Assembly: GCA_041651195.1 (NCBI GenBank)
Contig: JBAZJR010000002.1
Coordinates: forward strand, 53,857-117,856
Length of the DNA stretch: 64,000 bases
Direction: 5' to 3'
DNA from: Patescibacteria group bacterium
Lineage (GTDB): Bacteria; Patescibacteriota; Patescibacteriia; Patescibacteriales; UBA12465
Below, in pieces: positions 60,916 through 64,000 of the stretch. The translations under genes were made by a program, and so were the position numbers. The notes beneath the pieces are model-generated. The model had not been told where the DNA came from. It did no database searches and worked only from the letters and a program-made list of their open reading frames with translations. Numbering within the stretch: the stretch's first letter is position 1; every line of letters starts with the position of its first letter.

Positions 60916-61722
60916 TTAGTCAATAATTCTCAAGGGGGGCAAGGGGCAATCGCCGTTCGGGCAAGGAGGCTGGTGAAGGTAGTTGGAAGGACGATGCGCC
61001 CGGAGGAAAAAGCTGCGCCCTGGCCGGCCTGCTTTGATCACGACCGCTTCAAACTGATCCTCAGCCACGACCCGGCCAATCAGATCGACCGGTTCTTTTA
61101 AGCGCAGCCAGACCACTGGTCCGGCTTGCGGGCGGGCGGTTATTTGCCAGACTCGGCCAGCAGGATCAACAATCGTAAATACCCGGCTCTCGTCTTTGGC
61201 CGTGACGATACCGACCAAGCGACCCTCCTCCGGCTTAAACCAAAAGTCCAGATGCCGGTTGATCACCTTATCATAGAATGGCGCCTGCTCGCCCAGGATA
61301 TTATCGATCTTCTCGCCTAGGCCGCCTAAGAAAAAAGCGCTGCCGAGGATGACGCTGGACAGGATGGAAGAGGAAACGATAAACCAGACCGGATAGCGGT
61401 AACCGCGCGATGTATGCTTCAGATTATAGTATAAGATAAAGACAAAAAGGGCTAGGAATAAGATCCAAAAATACGGTAAAGTCAAAAGGAAAAACTCCCA
61501 GAACGCTTTATTAGTTTCCGTCCGGATCTCCCAGCCGTTATACTTCAAGAGATAAATCATCACGGAGACCGCACCCGCGCCAATCAGGAGCGAGGCGGTG
61601 CCGGTCGCCCAGATGACCGAATTACGCAACAAAAAATGCCAGCGCGGCCTAGGCGCGATCTTCTCTTCCTTGATCTTAGCGACTAATTTCCGGTCGAAAT
61701 CATCATTGATTAAATCTGACAT
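60916..61722 (-). CDS. polytopic membrane protein downstream of ECF sigma (candidate anti-sigma factor)
   Basis: Starts 2 nt after the sigma gene stop. A cytoplasmic N-terminus of about 35 aa, 3-4 TM helices and a C-terminal domain of about 110 aa. No zf-HC2 motif was seen. Confidence 0.5.
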   Translation of the reverse strand: MSDLINDDFDRKLVAKIKEEKIAPRPRWHFLLRNSVIWATGTASLLIGAGAVSVMIYLLKYNGWEIRTETNKAFWEFFLLTLPYFWILFLALFVFILYYNLKHTSRGYRYPVWFIVSSSILSSVILGSAFFLGGLGEKIDNILGEQAPFYDKVINRHLDFWFKPEEGRLVGIVTAKDESRVFTIVDPAGRVWQITARPQAGPVVWLRLKEPVDLIGRVVAEDQFEAVVIKAGRPGRSFFLRAHRPSNYLHQPPCPNGDCPLPPLRIID

Positions 61723-61723
61723 A

Positions 61724-62311
61724 TTATATTAAGTTTAAATTTTGCCTGGCTAATTCTTTCTTGAACTCCTGCTTCGCCTTATTGATAGTGGAAGCGACCG
61801 TCCCCGGCGGCTTCTTGATGATATCAGAAATCTCCTGATAGCTCTTCTCTTCCCAAAATTTCAAGATAAGCGCTTCTCGATATTTTCCCGCCAACTTATC
61901 CAAAACCTTGGCGATATTAACTTGTAAAATCTGCAAATCGGCGCCGGACGCGATATCGATCTCCGCCGCTAATTTCCGAGCTGCCTGATCATCGATCGAA
62001 ACGGCGTAGCCTTCAGGGCGCGCCTTTAGCTTGCGATGATTGCTGATCACCTGGTTATGGGCAATCCGATAGACCCAGGAAGAAAACTTCAGATCTTTAT
62101 TAAAACCGTTCAAGTTAGAATAAACCTTGATGAAGACCTCCTGCAGAGCATCTTCCGCGTCTTCATTATTAACATTGGTCAGACGGCGGATATAACTGAG
62201 CAGCCGACCCTTATAACGGTCGACCAGATACAAAAAATTATCCTGGTCTTGCAGGGTCAGTTTAACCAGCTCTTCATCGCTGGCGCCTTCGGCGCTTTTA
62301 GCATCGATCAT
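61724..62311 (-). CDS. ECF-type sigma-70 family RNA polymerase sigma factor
   Basis: Region 2 (DAEDALQEVFIKVY, WVYRIAHNQ) and region 4 HTH (SYQEISDIIKKPPGTVASTINKAK). Confidence 0.85.
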   Translation of the reverse strand: MIDAKSAEGASDEELVKLTLQDQDNFLYLVDRYKGRLLSYIRRLTNVNNEDAEDALQEVFIKVYSNLNGFNKDLKFSSWVYRIAHNQVISNHRKLKARPEGYAVSIDDQAARKLAAEIDIASGADLQILQVNIAKVLDKLAGKYREALILKFWEEKSYQEISDIIKKPPGTVASTINKAKQEFKKELARQNLNLI

Positions 62312-62511
62312 GTCTTAAGTATAGCACTAACCAGTTAATCTAATAATACGCCGGCCAGCCGGCTTTCTTCGCTATTATTGACTTATCCTTCTAAAAATGG
62401 CAAAATCAATTGTTAAGATCAGGGGGGTACATTCCGCCCATCCAGCTCATTGACAATCGAAAAAATAAACAAAAAATAAAAATCCAATCTAATAAAAAGG
62501 GAGATAGAATC

Positions 62512-63594
62512 ATGAAAGAATTAATCAAAGACCAGGTCTTGTTTTTTAGCGGCAACGGCAATCACCAGCTAGGGGTGAAGATCCTTGTTAGTCTCGGCGA
62601 ATTCATCGGCGCCGATCTCTATTTCCGACATATTAATTTCGCCCGCTTCGGCGACGCCGAACAAGACGACAAGATACCTAAATACGAAGAGGTCGCCGGC
62701 AAGACGATAGTGCTCTACCAAAGCATGTACACGGCTGAGTTGCAGGAAGAATTCCTGCAATTATGCTGGGCTTTAAAGCACCAGTATCAGGCTCAACATA
62801 TCATCGCCGTCGTCCCCTTCCTAAGGTTCAGGCGCCAAGACCATCATGAAAAAAATGAAGAAATAAACCGCCTGCGCATGCTCATCGATCGTCTAGCCCA
62901 TGCCGGCGTCAACCAACTAGTCGTCGCGACCCCCCATTCCGTAGAAAATATGGAAACAAACTGCCGTGATTTCGGCATCGGATTCTTCCCGATAGATATG
63001 TCGGAAAACTTCGCCCGGACGATCAAGCCTTTCCTGGCCGCGGCCGGAATAACGGAAACGGCGGCCGATAAGGTCATAATCTATGCGCCGGACGAAGGCT
63101 CGATCTATCGCGCTATCATGCTCGCCCGCTTGCTCGGACGAGGCGTCGCTTTCAACCTGAAAAAAAGAGGATTGAATAACGCCGCCGAAATAATCCAGGC
63201 GGAAAAAGAAGAAATTTTAAGATTAACCGAACGCTGCAAAAAAACATTTAATTTCCCCGACCTCTATTACGCCACGCCGGAAAATATCCGAGGCAAGGTC
63301 ATCCTGATGATCGAAGACGAAATCGCTTCCGGCGAAACCGCCAACAAGACCGGCCACCTCCTGAAATCTTTCGGAGCGCAAACGATCTTTTTTGCCGCTA
63401 CTCACGCCGTCTGTACGCCAGGCTGGCAAAGAAAATTATTCTTCGATAATCCGTTTGAAAAGACTTTCATCGCCGACTCGATACCGCGCAGCTACGAGAA
63501 TCGAACCGGCGGGTTGATGCATGACGTGACGGTCAGCGAAACTATCGCGGCGGAATTATTCCAGATACTGCGCCGCCATTTCCATAAGAATTAA
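62512..63594 (+). CDS. prs: divergent ribose-phosphate pyrophosphokinase-like protein
   Basis: The ATG at 62512 follows AAGGGAGA. FSGNGNHQLG, VVPFLRFRRQDH and VILMIEDEIASGET parallel the Prs motifs FSGxxNxxLA, VIPYxxYARQDR and the PRPP loop. The track start at 62410 is an upstream extension. Confidence 0.7.
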   Translation: MKELIKDQVLFFSGNGNHQLGVKILVSLGEFIGADLYFRHINFARFGDAEQDDKIPKYEEVAGKTIVLYQSMYTAELQEEFLQLCWALKHQYQAQHIIAVVPFLRFRRQDHHEKNEEINRLRMLIDRLAHAGVNQLVVATPHSVENMETNCRDFGIGFFPIDMSENFARTIKPFLAAAGITETAADKVIIYAPDEGSIYRAIMLARLLGRGVAFNLKKRGLNNAAEIIQAEKEEILRLTERCKKTFNFPDLYYATPENIRGKVILMIEDEIASGETANKTGHLLKSFGAQTIFFAATHAVCTPGWQRKLFFDNPFEKTFIADSIPRSYENRTGGLMHDVTVSETIAAELFQILRRHFHKN

Positions 63595-63599
63595 AACTC

Positions 63600-63630
63600 A
63601 AAGGGCCGCCTTAAGCGAGCCCTTTTTTTC
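63600..63630 (+). terminator. rho-independent terminator
   Basis: AAGGGC-N12-GCCCTT followed by TTTTT. Confidence 0.65.
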
Positions 63631-63658
63631 TGCGCCTCAAAAAATTTTAGAAATCGCC

Positions 63659-64000
63659 TTACAGCGGGCGGCGCGCCGCCTGATGGATCTGGACCAGGAG
63701 ATCCCTGATCACGAAAGGCTTCTCCAGCACGCCCTTGACTACGCTTAAGCCGCTGAACTTTTCCAAAGAATTATGAAATTCAGCCGGCGGAATCGGCAGG
63801 GCCGAGGACATCAGAAGGACCGGAATATCGCGCAGCTTCCAATCCTTGACCATAGCCTGGCAGACATCCATGCCGCTCACTTTCGGCATCATGATGTCTA
63901 AGATAACCAGGTCGTAGTCCGGGCTGGCCGCCATCTTATCCAAACCTTCCTGGCCGCCGAAGGCGGTGTCGATCTGAAAATTTTCCTGACCGAGCAAGAG
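63659..64000 (-). CDS. response-regulator receiver domain protein (5' end beyond window)
   Basis: DLVILDIMMPKVSGMDV and LLMSS...KPF receiver motifs. The N-terminal acidic pocket is not within the window. Confidence 0.75.
   Translation of the reverse strand, partial: LLLGQENFQIDTAFGGQEGLDKMAASPDYDLVILDIMMPKVSGMDVCQAMVKDWKLRDIPVLLMSSALPIPPAEFHNSLEKFSGLSVVKGVLEKPFVIRDLLVQIHQAARRPL

Noticed and set aside
1-64000. Alternative genetic code (UGA recoding, as in some CPR lineages)
   Set aside because: TGA serves as the terminal stop of well-delimited genes: the xylose-isomerase-like gene at 16560..16562, the toxin at 49192..49194 and the 928-aa protein at 28242..28244. Conserved proteins are full-length under the standard code.

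Overview
This 64-kb window comes from a bacterial genome that is roughly 50-60% G+C by eye. I infer a reduced-genome Patescibacteria/CPR-type organism from three things: a minimal dcw block (mraZ-rsmH-ftsL-ftsI-murF), a short TsaB, and many small membrane or unknown ORFs. The genetic code is standard, with TGA used as a stop at 16560 and 49192.

Housekeeping content:
- rmlD, plus the first codons of an rmlA-like gene.
- A pyrimidine end-pathway block: a class-1 PyrD-like gene and a fused PyrF-PyrE gene.
- cysS, hisS, dus, rnhB, rarA and a divergent prs-like gene.
- tRNA-Val(CAC) and tRNA-Leu(CAG).
- A copper operon (csoR, an HMA/TauE/cupredoxin gene, copA) with a palindromic operator at its predicted promoter.
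- A six-gene operon running ECF sigma, membrane protein, lipoprotein, MacAB-like efflux.

Accessory content:
- Two Gp49(HigB-like)/XRE toxin-antitoxin pairs.
- An AbiEi/AbiEii pair inserted between a short UDP-glucose-dehydrogenase-like gene and a UDP-xylose synthase.
- A three-gene cassette: DUF4143 ATPase, a 309-aa unknown, and a Bro-N-like protein.
- A Gly-Tyr-repeat surface protein.

The most striking region is a very low-GC block at about 28.2-38.8 kb, roughly 18-33% G+C in the lines I counted. It continues to about 41 kb at intermediate GC. It encodes what looks like a complete, unusual surface-glycopolymer pathway: a Bcs1-like CDP-ribitol synthase, a TagF/TarL-family polyol-phosphate transferase, three glycosyltransferases, four methyltransferases, UDP-xylose supply and a 928-aa polytopic membrane protein; a second giant polytopic protein (575 aa, normal GC) abuts the block.

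Several exact short DNA repeats bracket the accessory cassettes, and paired palindromes sit in the promoter region of the glycan operon. No rRNA, CRISPR array, transposase or integrase was recognised. All family assignments rest on motifs read by eye, with no database search.
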